Below, one piece after another: positions 38,828 through 51,094 of a stretch of 64,000 nucleotides of DNA (position 1 is its first letter; every line of letters starts with the position of its first letter). The notes beneath the pieces are model-generated. The model made no database searches, was not told the origin of the DNA, and saw only the letters and a list, made by a program, of their open reading frames with translations. Made by a program: the position numbers and the translations under genes. Source of the stretch: Octopus vulgaris (taxonomy: Eukaryota); NCBI GenBank assembly GCA_951406725.2, contig OX597834.1:40796001-40860000 (forward strand), written 5' to 3'.

Positions 38828-41116
38828 GGCTGTCAACGAACGACATATGAGAACAACATTGAAAGAAAGTTGAGTTTGCAGAAAACATTCCTTGATGCTG
38901 ATGTATTTCACTTTGAACAGTAGTAACAAAGAATAGCAAAGAAGAAAGTGAGGGAAAAAGTTGAAGGCCATTTGAACGATTTCAAAGAAGAACACACTTG
39001 GTCATGTTTATGTTGTCACACCAGAGGCAGGAGAAACTGTATCATTTAACAATTTTATTACATGAAATGAAGTTCGAAATAGTATTTTTTGCTTTCTCAC
39101 TGTACATTGATATTTTTAACGTGGGGGTAGTTGTGACCCAACAGGTCAGGGCAGGTGCATCTAGTGTAAATATAAAACATAAAAATAAATTTTCAAAAGG
39201 CAGAAATGAGCAATGAAGAAACAAGCTAAAGATAGTCTCCCTTCTCGTTAAGATGAGCTGCTTGTGGCAGGTTAGCACCTGAAGTGGCACATCTTTACTT
39301 CAGAGCCTTCATAAACAAATTGTACAAAGTCCCCCACCCCCAAATTTCATGCCTACTGGATGTTCTGATAGCAGTAGAGCTGATCTGATGACAATAAGTC
39401 AGATTTCAATGATTTTAAAAAAAAATGATATTATTCTCTTTCATCCAGGCAGTTAAGATATATATAATAATAATAATAAAAACATTGTGTACAGTGCTCA
39501 GGTGCACTACAACTCATCTAAAGTGTATGTATAATCAGGTGTAGTTTCGGCGGATTTCGGGAAGCATGAGGGCCTTAAAGGATGCAGTTAATTAAATGTT
39601 TGATTCAACAAAATTTGTATGAAGCATTGTGGAATTTGAACTCAGAATGTAATGGCAGATGAAATACAGCTATGCATTTCGCCCAGAGTGCTAATGATTC
39701 TGCCAGCTGGCCGCCTTCAAAGTTCCAGAAATACTATCTGTAATTCTGTAATGATTCAAATGGAAAAATGTGTCGCTCAAGAGAGACTTCAGTTTGAACA
39801 ATTTTCATGATGTTTCATATTTAGATGCTTTTATTAAATTCATTCAGTTGTTAAACATAAATAAATCTTGGAATGAAATGGTTTTGATTTACTGTCAGGT
39901 GACTTTTGGCCAACATTGTACAAATGCATCTCACACAGCAGGTAACAAAGGATTGTACTGCTTGTCAATGCTAAAGAAGACTTGCCTACCCACAGAAACA
40001 AACACACTAACTTGAGAGTAGGTTGCAACATTTGGACCCAGCCAAGCCCACATTTGCAGCACCCTCACCTTACATCCTTGACACCCTCTCCTTGCTTGTC
40101 ACCTTATAGTGGTTTACATTCTAAGCTAGATTAGTTTTCAAATGTGGGCTCTCTTCTCATATAAAATTGATATATATATATAATATTAGGGAGTATAACT
40201 CCAAACTTATAGGGAAAAATTCAATTTAGTATTAAATCAAATTTCACAGTATAAATATATAATATATATAAATTAGAGATAAAACCACTATTCTGCATTG
40301 TAGCCATGAAATGTACATAGTGTTTTTACTTATTATATTATATATTTATCATTCATTTTATACTTTTTGAGATCTAGTTATAAGTTATGTTTTATAAAAA
40401 TATTTATTATTTGTTATTTATGTATTGGTTTATGTCTATCAGTGAGTTGCATAATAGTGGTTTTATCTCTAATTTATATTTTATATATACATATATATAT
40501 ACACACACACCTATATCATGAAACAACTACATATTTCATTATTTTAGAGACTTTGGCCACTCTAAAATCTTGGCAAAGCTACATCTTTTGCAACAGATGA
40601 ACGGAGAATATCAATAGTAAAGACTTTACTGAAGTCATGCATAGATAAAAGACTACAGTCTATTGGGGTCATTTAGGCCTGGGAGATGTAAGCAATCTCT
40701 TTAATACTAGCATGTAATCCTCTTATTTTCACAGATGTATTTCTCTTCATGCCAGAATATAAACCTCAAAAGCTTTAGTGCCATCTTAAAGATCATAGTT
40801 TTTTCCAGCTTATTCTTCACCCATGAAAACAGTCGCTGACCACGCATGTCAGTATTCGTCATTATCATCCAAAATCTTGGTTTACATTCGAAGCTAGATT
40901 AGTTTTTTTCTTTGTTTTTTTTCTTAGCTACATGTTTGATTTCATACCAAACAAAACAGAGTTTGCTAAAGTTAACAATTATGCTTTTATCATAAGCACT
41001 CAAGTACCACGAGAACTGAACAGGTGAGAAAAATATGAACAGCAGATAATTCCAGGCAGCAGCATTTCTGGGCATAAAAATTGAGTGACATCCTTAATGG
41101 ATAGTCTTATAGTAAG

Positions 41117-41531
41117 CTGGAGAACCCAGCAACGTTCGAAAATGGATTAAGGTTGTTCATTTTTTTCAGTCTGCAGAGAAATGGTAAAAATTGGCCCTGT
41201 TTATAATTATACCATATGTTACATATTTATTATGTCATACCTTGATGCTGTGTGGACTAAGGTCCCCATTGACAGGCCGCTGGTATTTGTAGAGTTTTAA
41301 ACACTTTTGGTATGCAAATTAGGGACTCCTTCATAGAGTAACTGCTGCATTTGTTGAGTATATAAACAGTTTGGCTGCTTTGTTTCTCTGGAGACTGTCA
41401 GAATGATGTGGACGCTTCTGATGAGAACCCAAGAAGGTTCGAAAATTGATTAAAGTTGTTCATAATTTTTTTTCAGTCTGTGGGGAAATGGCTAAAATTT
41501 GCCCAGTTTATAATTATACCATATGTCACAT
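41117..41531 (+). repeat. Partial tandem repeat, 303-nt period (retrozyme or Penelope pLTR-like)
   Basis: 41120-41225 is repeated at 41423-41531; each copy starts in a hammerhead motif. Confidence 0.8.
41407..41464 (+). ncRNA. Type I hammerhead ribozyme with minimal stem III
   Basis: Stem I TGTGGACGCTT / AAGT(T)GTTCATA; CTGATGA at 41418-41424; stem II GAACC-CAAGAA-GGTTC; GAAA at 41441-41444; stem III AAT-TG-ATT; UUA cleavage site after 41452. Confidence 0.75.
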
Positions 41532-41884
41532 AACTAGATGTGGAGAGAAGTTGTTTCAAGAGAACTACAAGAGGCAAAGAGAAGAATTAGTATATCCATT
41601 AGCTGTATTTATTCATAGCATAACTGTAGGAGATTAGCCTTGACCTCTGAAAAAGACATTCTTTGTTTACTCAGTGTCAAAATGAATCACTGGAATCCTT
41701 TCTCCTTTTGAGTTTTTTGGAGAAATCATTTTATTAAAAATATCATAATTGTAAGTTATCTCAGCAATGTATAGCTGAGGTCGTATAAAATATACTTTTA
41801 TAAAATATACTGTTATATCTTCTTTTCTTAATGAGAACACTTATTATTCAGATTCTTTTTATAGAATGCCAATGATTTGATTAA

Positions 41885-42105
41885 CCCTTTCGTTACTGTA
41901 TTTATTTTGAGATTCTCAGTGTTTCTCTCAATTATTTTAGATATAACAAAGAATTTAGTAGAAGAACTTAGTTATCATTAAGCTAGTGTAAGGAACATAA
42001 ATTGTGACTAATGTTTGGTAGAAGATTTTAATTCAAAACTTATGAAAACAAGACATTTGTACTACAGAGCCAGAGCCGGTTTCAGCCGGGTTGGTAATAA
42101 AAGGG
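41885..42105. mobile_element. piggyBac-like MITE
   Basis: TTAA|CCCTTTCGTTAC...GTAATAAAAGGG|TTAA. Confidence 0.8.
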
Positions 42106-42172
42106 TTAAGTTTATGTATCAATGAAAATAAATGGAGTGAACTTGATTAAAGAATGATGTACCACACATCTA

Positions 42173-43372
42173 TCAGTAGCATGGCTTCTCTCTTGAATGA
42201 ATGCTTTTGTGTCTAGTTAAGTGATCATTTCGAGAAAATGATTTACCACAGATATCACAGTGATACGGGATCTCTCCTGTATGAATGGGTTTGTGTCGGA
42301 TGAAGCTGGATATTTGAGAGAATGATTTACCACAGACACCACAGTGATATGGCTTCTCTCCTGTATGAATACGTTTGTGTGTAGTTAAGTGACCAGTTTC
42401 AGTGAATGATTTACCACAGATGTCACAGTGATATGGTTTCTCTCCTGTATGAATGCGTCTGTGAGTGATTAAATGACCTTTTTCATAGAATGTTTTATCA
42501 CATATATCACAATGGTATAACTTCTGTCCTGAATGAATGCGTTTGTGCTTAATGATGTCGTAACTTCTACAGAATGGTTTGCCACAAACATCACATTGAT
42601 ACGGTTTCTCTCCTGTATGAATACGTCTGTGAGTAGTTAAATTACTTCTTTGAGAAAATGCTTTATTGCATATTTTACAGTGATATGGCTGCTCTCCTGT
42701 ATGAATGTATTTGTGAGCAGTCAAGTTTGATTTTAAAGCAAAAGATTTACTACAGATCTCACAGTGGAATGGTTTCTCTCCTGTATGAGTGCGAACATGT
42801 GTTGTTAAGTGACCACTTAGGAAAAATGATTTGCCACAGATATGACAATGGTAGGTCTTTTCCCCTGTATGAATATACTTGTGTCGAGTTAATCTATAAC
42901 TTCCGGGAAACGATTTTCCACAGATATCACAATGATACGGCTTCTTCCCTGTGTGAATATATTTGTGAGTAGCCAAGTAATTCTTCTGAGTGAATGACTT
43001 GTCACGTACGTCACAGTGGTATGGCTTCTCTCCTGTATGTGTGCGTTTGTGTTTAGTCAAGCCACCACTTTGAGCAAATGACTTACCACAGATATCACAG
43101 TGATAGGGTTTCTCTCCCGTATGAATGTATTTGTGTTTAATTAAATCACCTTTCCCTGAGAAGGATTTACTGCACACATCACAGCCATACGGCCTTTCAC
43201 CTGTGTGAATACGTTTGTGAGTTGTTAAGTTACTTTTTTGAGAGAATGGCTTTTTACAGACATCACAGTGGTATAATGTTTTTCTTTTCTCTTTCAGCAC
43301 GTCAGGAAAATCAAATGTTTTGGACTCTATTTTACAGTCAATTTGGTCCTCACATAATTCATTTTCCATCAT
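42173..43372 (-). CDS. C2H2 zinc-finger protein ZNF-G, about 399 aa, 13 fingers (finger 4 has Cys to Arg), MMENEL leader
   Basis: Open array; start set at ATG 43372 (or 43369) by homology, not at the TTG at 43450. Confidence 0.93.
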   Translation of the reverse strand: MMENELCEDQIDCKIESKTFDFPDVLKEKRKTLYHCDVCKKPFSQKSNLTTHKRIHTGERPYGCDVCSKSFSGKGDLIKHKYIHTGEKPYHCDICGKSFAQSGGLTKHKRTHTGEKPYHCDVRDKSFTQKNYLATHKYIHTGKKPYHCDICGKSFPGSYRLTRHKYIHTGEKTYHCHICGKSFFLSGHLTTHVRTHTGEKPFHCEICSKSFALKSNLTAHKYIHTGEQPYHCKICNKAFSQRSNLTTHRRIHTGEKPYQCDVCGKPFCRSYDIIKHKRIHSGQKLYHCDICDKTFYEKGHLITHRRIHTGEKPYHCDICGKSFTETGHLTTHKRIHTGEKPYHCGVCGKSFSQISSFIRHKPIHTGEIPYHCDICGKSFSRNDHLTRHKSIHSREKPCY

Positions 43373-43787
43373 CTTCTGTAACCTTTCTCTCTCTCTCTTT
43401 ATATATATATATATATATTCAGGATTTTTCTTCTTTTTTATATAGAACAAATATTTATACTACTATATTTCCATCAGCTGTTACCATTTATGCCACTCTT
43501 ATTTGATATCTGAAATGATTGAGAAAATAACTGAAAAGCAGAGATTCAACACTAGAAACTTTAATACATTATTTTTGCAATAAACAGTAGATATAAACTT
43601 TCACCTGAAAAATTTAACTCTGCTTTTTAATATATTCTTAAAATTACATCACCTTATGTGATGCCTACATATCTGCAGACTACATCCACACCTTTACTTT
43701 TTACTTTTTAAAATTTCGTCAGACAACCTTGTGTGAAGTGTACAAATTCTCAGACTAAACCTCTACATTCTATAACACACATGTTAA

Positions 43788-43995
43788 CCCTCTCGTTACT
43801 GTATTTATTTTGAGATGATCTGTGTTTCTTTCAATTACTTTAAATATAACAAAGAATTTAGTAAAATATCTTAGTTATCCTTAAGCTAGTGTTAGGAACA
43901 TAAATTGTGACTAAGGTTTGGTGGAAGATTTTAATTCAGAACTTAGGAAAACAAGACATTTGTACCACATTTGTACTGGGTTGGTATCAGAAGGG
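43788..43995. mobile_element. piggyBac-like MITE
   Basis: TTAA-flanked, CCC..GGG ends, same family as 41885-42105. Confidence 0.8.
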
Positions 43996-44026
43996 TTAAG
44001 AATGGTTTCTCTATTATATATTTTAA

Positions 44027-44247
44027 CCCATTCATTACCATATTTCTTTTGAGATGCTCTCTGTTTCTTTCAATTAATTTTAAATATAACAAAGAATTTA
44101 GTAAAATAACTTAGCTATCATTCAGCTAGTGTTAGGAACATAAATTGCGATTAAGGTTTGGTGGGAGATTTTGATTCAAAACTTAAGAAAACAAGACATT
44201 TGTATTCAGAACCAGAGCCAGTTTCAGCCAGGTTGGTAACGAAAGGG
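44027..44247. mobile_element. piggyBac-like MITE
   Basis: TTAA-flanked third copy. Confidence 0.8.
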
Positions 44248-44920
44248 TTAAACAACAGAAAAACAGTTGATGAAATTCTTTTCTCTGCTGAAACATCATT
44301 CATCATTGCTCAGTTATTGTTTAGTCCCAAGTCAGTTCTGGTTGAACAGACGACAAGTGATTAAAAGCATTTCAACCAGGGTTACATCGGGGGTATCAAA
44401 CTTAATTTGGCTTTGCAGGCCAGACTGCAGCACAAATTAGATTTTGAAGGTCAGACAGGGAGAATTATTCATAAAAAACTTTATTCACAATGTATGCAAA
44501 ACTAAATGGATAAAGGGAGTCAATACACATTATAATAACACTATTAACAATGTTTCTGTGCCCAGGTCAGACCCGGAAAATTCACGATGTGAATTTTCCG
44601 AGCCCTCTCCCCCACCTACCCCTTTCGTGAGCGCGCATTTTTTTTTTGTCATATTCGTTTAGAGCAAGTTGTTTTACACCTATTACACTATTTTTTTGTT
44701 TTGTTTTTATGACCAGGCAAAACGCTTTAGTTTGACCCCAAGTTTTGTAAACAATGATACTATAACAGTTTATTACTGAGTTTCTGCTAACATAATTATG
44801 AAACATCTGTAAACCAATGAAATAAATGTCTATTCACAAACAACTGCGAAGAATAAAGATTCTCCTTTTCTCTCGCCATTAAATAATTTTCTGTAGAGCT
44901 TTGGAATAGATACCCTATAC

Positions 44921-45148
44921 GGTACTACATGAGGACAGTGGTCCCGGGGCGCGCACTCGCGTATCCTCGCTAGCTAGTCGATCCTACGACTACCTAGCAA
45001 AGTAAATAAAACACAAAATAAATAATTTTTTAAACAAAGTAAATAACACACAAAAACACAAAGTAAGGATCGACTAGTCATGACTAGCTAGCGCGGATGC
45101 CCGAGTACACGAGTGCGCGCACCGGGACCACTGTTCTCAGGTAGTACC
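44921..45148. mobile_element. GC-rich MITE (GGTACTAC..GTAGTACC), opposite orientation to 8364-8602
   Basis: TIRs and internal AT-rich spacer homologous to the 8364 copy; no TSD seen. Confidence 0.8.
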
Positions 45149-45506
45149 TCATGAGAAAGGAGAAGGATATTCATTATTTTAGAATTACTGTATTTCTCAC
45201 AACGGAAATCGGCATTCTTTCGATATAACTCGAGAATTGAAGACAATAGAAACTCTAGAAAAAAAGATATTTCCTCGTCATGTCTCAGGCGTAGAGAATA
45301 AGATTTCCACAGAAGAAAGTTCCATGAATGATATAACTTGTATTAAATATGTGGTCATCATCGAACCTTCCGACCGTAACGGCGATTGAATAGAAGGAAA
45401 CGAGGTTACGGAAGTTGGAGGCAAAAGATATTTTTAAGAAATTAAAATTGTTTCCAGAATTAATTTCCTCGAAAGAGAAAGTTAAAGAAAATCTTCGTCA
45501 ACTTAC

Positions 45507-45716
45507 CATTCACAGATGTAAACAGTGAATGCAGTGGATTGTACCTTTTTACCAAACAACGAAAGGAATTCTATAGCGTTGTCAGATATTGGAGTTTCCA
45601 ACTTTGTTCCTCTTCGGAAAGAATTCGCCGAAGAATTTTCCTTCGGAATCGGAAAAATTCGAATCTTGTCCAAACTATGCAACGAAGCGAGTTTCATATC
45701 TTTCGCCGCAGTTTCG
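45507..45716 (-). promoter_or_regulatory. Putative promoter and exon 1 of ZNF-G
   Basis: ATG|GTAAGT at 45507/45506; CGAAACTGCGGC at 45705-45716. Confidence 0.6.
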
Positions 45717-47232
45717 ATACAAAATATATAAATAGGTGAGAAAATGAGAAATAGATGAAAGAATAATGATGAAATGCAAAAAGAAATATATAGAGACTTA
45801 GGCGAGACTTAATATGAACATAATGATTGGAAGATACCCAAACAGAGATGTTAATTATCCGATCTCCATCACCACCATCACTTTCACGTCCGTTCTTCTA
45901 TGTTTACGTATGTTGGTCTAATTCAATGCCTTCTCCTTTTCGTCGTGGAGTTCGGTTTCCAGAGATTAGCCTTCCCTATTTTTTTCTGTGTCTTCTTTGA
46001 TTTCCCTGTTATACAGGAACTGTCCATTTGGAGTATTTAGCTTTTCTTTATGCTTGCACCAAATATATCCCCTTTCGCATTCTACATCTAATTTCTCTTC
46101 CTATCTAAATTACCATATCTACCATGCTTCTCTTAACTTGAAAGGTTGGCTCGCAATAGATTCTCTCTCCCACGCATTAAGTGGATATAAGAGGAATTAG
46201 ATGTAGGATGGAAAAGATTGCTGGTGAGTTACCAGCAGAGGTAGCCTTCACATGTTCCTGGTGCTTGGAGTATTAAGCACGGAATGCGTCCAGGGAATAG
46301 ATTTTCTTAAGTGTTCGGGAGACTCTCTTTAAAACAGTAGTCTTTGTTATCAATACGAACAAGTCAGCAGCAGGGGTGGGTGGGTGCTCCAAAAGCATAG
46401 TAGCCAGGGTAAGAATGGGATTGACAAATTATAAGATGCTTGTTTGTGAAGTATGGAGGACCCTTAAAGTAGGGGTTTTATGAAGGGTAGAGAAGACGAG
46501 GTAGACGTACCTCACTGGATGTATAGCATCGGTATTCATAAACGATGCCTTATATATAAACGATCTGAGATAAATGTTGTGTATGTGAGGAATTAGATAT
46601 AGTTTACAAGAGAGAGGACTGCATTAGTGTGGGTATGTGGTACATATGGACGAAGACAGCCACATGAAAAAAGTGTCAGGCACTCAAAGTGAAAACTGAT
46701 CTCAAGAGGCTGAGTCTTTCAAAGATGACAACTGACTGCAACGGTTGATAAGATTCAGCACAGGGGAAAATCTGCTTTTTCAGATGTTAGTATACGACCG
46801 TACGTGGTGTTTCGGTGACATATTTCTCCTCTTGTTCAGCGCACGGCCGCATCCCAACATAACATAACATAACACAGACAACCATGGCAACTAATGGATG
46901 GAGAGATGGTCTTACTGCATTTACTCACCATTCCTTCCATGCCTCTCTCTCCCCACCCAAGACACTTCCACTGCTTTAATCCTCAACTCATCACTCACCT
47001 CCATGGGTCCCTTCTCCTTCTAGCCTCTCTTTATTTCACTGCTCTTGCTACATTCACCCTCTAATTCCCCAATCTCAATGGTACCCCCCTCCCCAGCCTA
47101 TCTTTCTCTTCCCCTACCTCTCTCCACAGCTTCCCTGTCTGGGATACTTTCTTTGCGTTCACACCCGACTCTTCCTTCCCAACTCTGTAATACCATCAGG
47201 CTTCTCTTGTTCTCCTCCTCACCTCTATAATT

Positions 47233-47468
47233 CCTATTTCTTTATTACCCACAAGGGGCTAAACACAGAGGGGACAAACAAGGACAGACATAGGTATTAA
47301 GTCGAATGCATCGACCCCAGTGCGTAACTGGTACTTTAATTTATCGACCCCGTAAGGATGAAAGGCAAAGTCGACCTCAGTGGAATTTGAACTCGGAACA
47401 TAGCAGCAGACAAAATACCGCAAAGCATTTCGCCAGGCGTGCTAATGGTTCTTCCAGCTCGCTGCCTT
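47233..47468 (-). mobile_element. SINE family A copy
   Basis: Head, core and tail all present. Confidence 0.8.
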
Positions 47469-47905
47469 TATAATACCTTCTAGCCATATTCTCTCCATAT
47501 CCTTACTCTCTGGAATGCTTTCCATACATTCATTCTTTGCTCTCCAATCATTTCTTTGGTTGCATTCCCCAACTGCTCCTTTACCCTCTGCCTCTTTTTC
47601 TCTCGCTGTATTCTTTCCACTCGTCTGCCACATCCACATTCTCTAGTTTTCTGTCACAACAGCCCAACCTGTCCTTCCTTCAATGACCCTCTTTGGATTT
47701 CTCTCCATGCTCACCTGTTGCTTCCCCTCATACTGGATCTCACCTAATCAACCTACCTCATCATCCTTACCACCCTGTCTTTCCTTATCATGCAAACCAC
47801 TGACATTTATCTTTTCCTTTTCCCTGCCCTTTACATACCCTCTCCTCCTATAGGGTCTACGTCACAACTATAAATCTGTGCCTCTCATCATGTATGGCAT
47901 GAATG

Positions 47906-48132
47906 TACAAGGGAGGGGGGGTGCTGAAAAGTTCATGGCCTCAAGTAAAAGAAAATACTAGACAATCAGTTGATTATGATTTTATTGAACATATTTCCCT
48001 CTCAAATTCCCACAGTTATTGCAGTGGTCCTTCAGTTTTTGAAAGCCCTGTAAAAGAACTCGGAAGGTCAGGCCTCCAGCCAGGCCTTTTACAATAACCT
48101 TAAAATCAGGAACTTTTCAGCATCCCCTTATA
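47906..48132. mobile_element. Mariner-derived MITE
   Basis: TA..GGGGTGCTGAAAAGTTC / GAACTTTTCAGCATCCCC..TA terminal inverted repeats. Confidence 0.75.
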
Positions 48133-48155
48133 TAATAAGTGAAGATTATCTACTA

Positions 48156-48530
48156 TTTACTTGTTTCAGTCATTTGACTGCGGCCATGCTGGGGCACCGC
48201 CTTTAATCGAGCAACTCGACCCCGGGACTTATTCTTTTGTAAGCCCAGTACTTATTCTATCAGTCCCTTTTGCCGAACTGCTAAGTAACGGGGACATAAA
48301 CACACCAGCATCGGTTGTCAAGCAATGCTAGGGGGACAAACACAGACACACACGCATATATATATACGACGGGCTTCTTTCAGTTTCCATCTACCAAATC
48401 CATTCACGAGGCTTTGGTCGGCCTGAGGTTATAGCAGAAGACACTTGCCCAAGGTGCTACGCAGTGGGATTGAACCCGGAACCATGTGGTTGGTAAACAA
48501 GCTACTTACCACACAGCCACTCCTGCGCCT
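48156..48530 (-). mobile_element. SINE family B
   Basis: Full-length reverse copy; a further partial + strand copy follows at about 48636-48790. Confidence 0.85.
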
Positions 48531-50320
48531 ATCTTCATTCATAATACTTTCACACCATATCATAATTCCCAGAGCAGCCATCTCTTCTGCATAGATTAGC
48601 CAGGATCCAAGGAGACAAACACACACACACACAGGTATGGCTGTGTGATTACGAAGTCTACTTTGCAACCTCCTGGTTATGGTTTCAATCCCTGTGTGTG
48701 GCACTTTGGGCAAGTGTCTTCTACTATAGTCTTAGTTCTGACCAAAACCTTGCAAGTGGATTTGGTATATGAAAACCGAAAGGAACCAGGCATATATATA
48801 CATACCTTCATGTGTATGTGCAGGAGTCCATGATTTTTTGTCTTGGCATTGTGTGCTAGTTGTAAACAAGCATCACCGTCATACAAGGTGTGTTGTTTCA
48901 CTTACAATCTTCCTTGAAAACACCACCAGTGAGGAAATATGACCTTGCTAAAAAGCAGGTGAGGGTTGGTGACAGGGAGAGCATCCAAGCATAGAAAGAC
49001 TTCTTCCACAAATTTGATCTGATCCATGTAAGCATGGAAAAGGGTTTGTTGAAATGACAATGATAGATAGACGGCTATCTTAACAATTTCATTTATCGTC
49101 TGGAGAAACAATGACAACTCAATTCCAAATTATAATGTCTGGAAACTTTTTAATTAATATTCTTCTGAATTCTATATTTTTAACCCAGCTCTATCAGAAC
49201 TTGATCAAATTTTTAATCCTGTTACAATGTCATATTTTTCTTTTCTTTAAATATTCTTTATTGCAACAGAAATAGTTTCTACTCAATCAAGGAACATTGT
49301 TGATGAACAATTATATTTTAGAAAAATTTTACAAGCACAGATGCCCTTGAAATTAATGACGCTTCATCATTTAACCATACACATAATTAATTTTTGACAA
49401 TTTTACAGAAAATGTCACTTCTTGATAATTCAGTAATGAGTTCAGCAACACAATAATAAGAGTTTCAATTCTTTTTTTTATCATTTAGTACATTTACAAT
49501 TGATCAGAATTTAATTCAAGATATTCTTACATTTTGTTTTGTAATGAAAGTTTTTCTGAGGTTTTTTTCCTCCAATCAACATTGAAGTTACATACTTTCA
49601 CATTCAAAAGAAATATGAAAAAAATTTCAAAGATTCCCAATGGCAACATTCACACAATGAGAGAAACCCAGTTTCTGTTTTCTCGTGTTTTTAGTAAATG
49701 CTGCACACAAATATTCCAATAACTGGACCAATAAAATTTTTAATTTACATTTATGAAAGAAATCTGTTCTGTCATAACTGAAAACACATTTTCAGATGTT
49801 TCATGATGTGAAGCATTGGAACTTCGTTACTTCATTAAAGAACCAATCTTTAACACTTTTATGACATTGCATTCTGAGGGTCTTATATTATCAGAAAACA
49901 ATATTTGAATAGAGTAAAATCCAGAATCCAAGAAAAATGTTGATGACCTGGGCCAACAAAAATCTGCAAGAAAATAGGTAAGGTTTAGGTTGTTGTGAGT
50001 AGTGAAGCAAGTTTCATGGCTTTGGCCCTTCATGTAAGAGCAAGGAAAAGAAGAGAAAATAATTGAGCCTGAAGGATTAATTTGGTATGCAGAAGAATAG
50101 CCAAGCAAGAGAGATGATATAAATAGGTGAGAAATCAAGGTAGGGAGCTGGTGAAGGAAAGGGATCAAAAAGTTGGTCTGTAAGGTAAGCACATCACTCA
50201 AACAACCACAAAAAGAGATATGGTTAAAGTGATAGGCTAAAATTAAGTGTGGACAGAACCAAAAACAGGAAGGTAACTAAGAACAGTACAACAAACTACA
50301 AGCATGGCACTCAACAGATG

Positions 50321-51094
50321 TCATTTGACTGGATTTTCTCTTGTATGAATATACATGTGCCTAGTTAAGTGGCCACTTTGTGAGAATGAATTATCACAGA
50401 TATCACAGTGATATGGTTTCTCTCCTGTATGAACACGGATGTGAGTAGTTAAGTGGTAATTTTGAGAGAATGATTTACCACAGATATCACAGTGGTATTG
50501 TTTCTCTCCTGTATGAATATATCTGTGAGTAGTTAAGGAATTTCCATGAGAAAATGATTTATCGCAGATATCGCAGTGAAATGGTTTTTCTCCAGTATGA
50601 ATGCGTTTGTGAGTAGTTAAAAGGATTTTTTGGCAGAATGATTTACCACAGATATCACAGTTGTATGGTTTCACTTCTGTATGAATATGTCTGTGTTTAG
50701 TCAAGTCACTGCTTCCAGAGAATGATTTACCACAGATATCACAATGGTAAGGAGTTTCTCCTGTATGAATGCGTTTATGAATAGTTAAATTATACGGGGC
50801 AGAGAAAGATTTATCACAGATATCACAGTGATATGGTTTCTCTCCAGTGTGAATGCGTATGTGTGTAGTTAAGTGATGATTTCGAGAAAATGATTTACCA
50901 CAAATGTGACAATGGTATGGTTTCTCCCCTGTATGAATGCGTTTGTGAATAGTGAGGTTACATTTTTGAGAGAAGGATTTCTTGCAGACATCACATTTGT
51001 GGACTTTTTTCCTGATTTCTTTTGGCATCTCATTAGAAAAAACTATTCCTTTTGGACTCTCTGTTGCAGTTAAACTTGTATTCACATAATTCAT
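50321..51094 (-). CDS. C2H2 zinc-finger protein ZNF-H, 8 fingers; leader frameshifted
   Basis: Open array; ancestral ATG 51101 reads MENELCEYKFNCNRESKRNSFF*; in-frame ATGs at 51094 and 51028; true start uncertain. Confidence 0.82.
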   Translation of the reverse strand: MNYVNTSLTATESPKGIVFSNEMPKEIRKKVHKCDVCKKSFSQKCNLTIHKRIHTGEKPYHCHICGKSFSRNHHLTTHIRIHTGEKPYHCDICDKSFSAPYNLTIHKRIHTGETPYHCDICGKSFSGSSDLTKHRHIHTEVKPYNCDICGKSFCQKILLTTHKRIHTGEKPFHCDICDKSFSHGNSLTTHRYIHTGEKQYHCDICGKSFSQNYHLTTHIRVHTGEKPYHCDICDNSFSQSGHLTRHMYIHTRENPVK

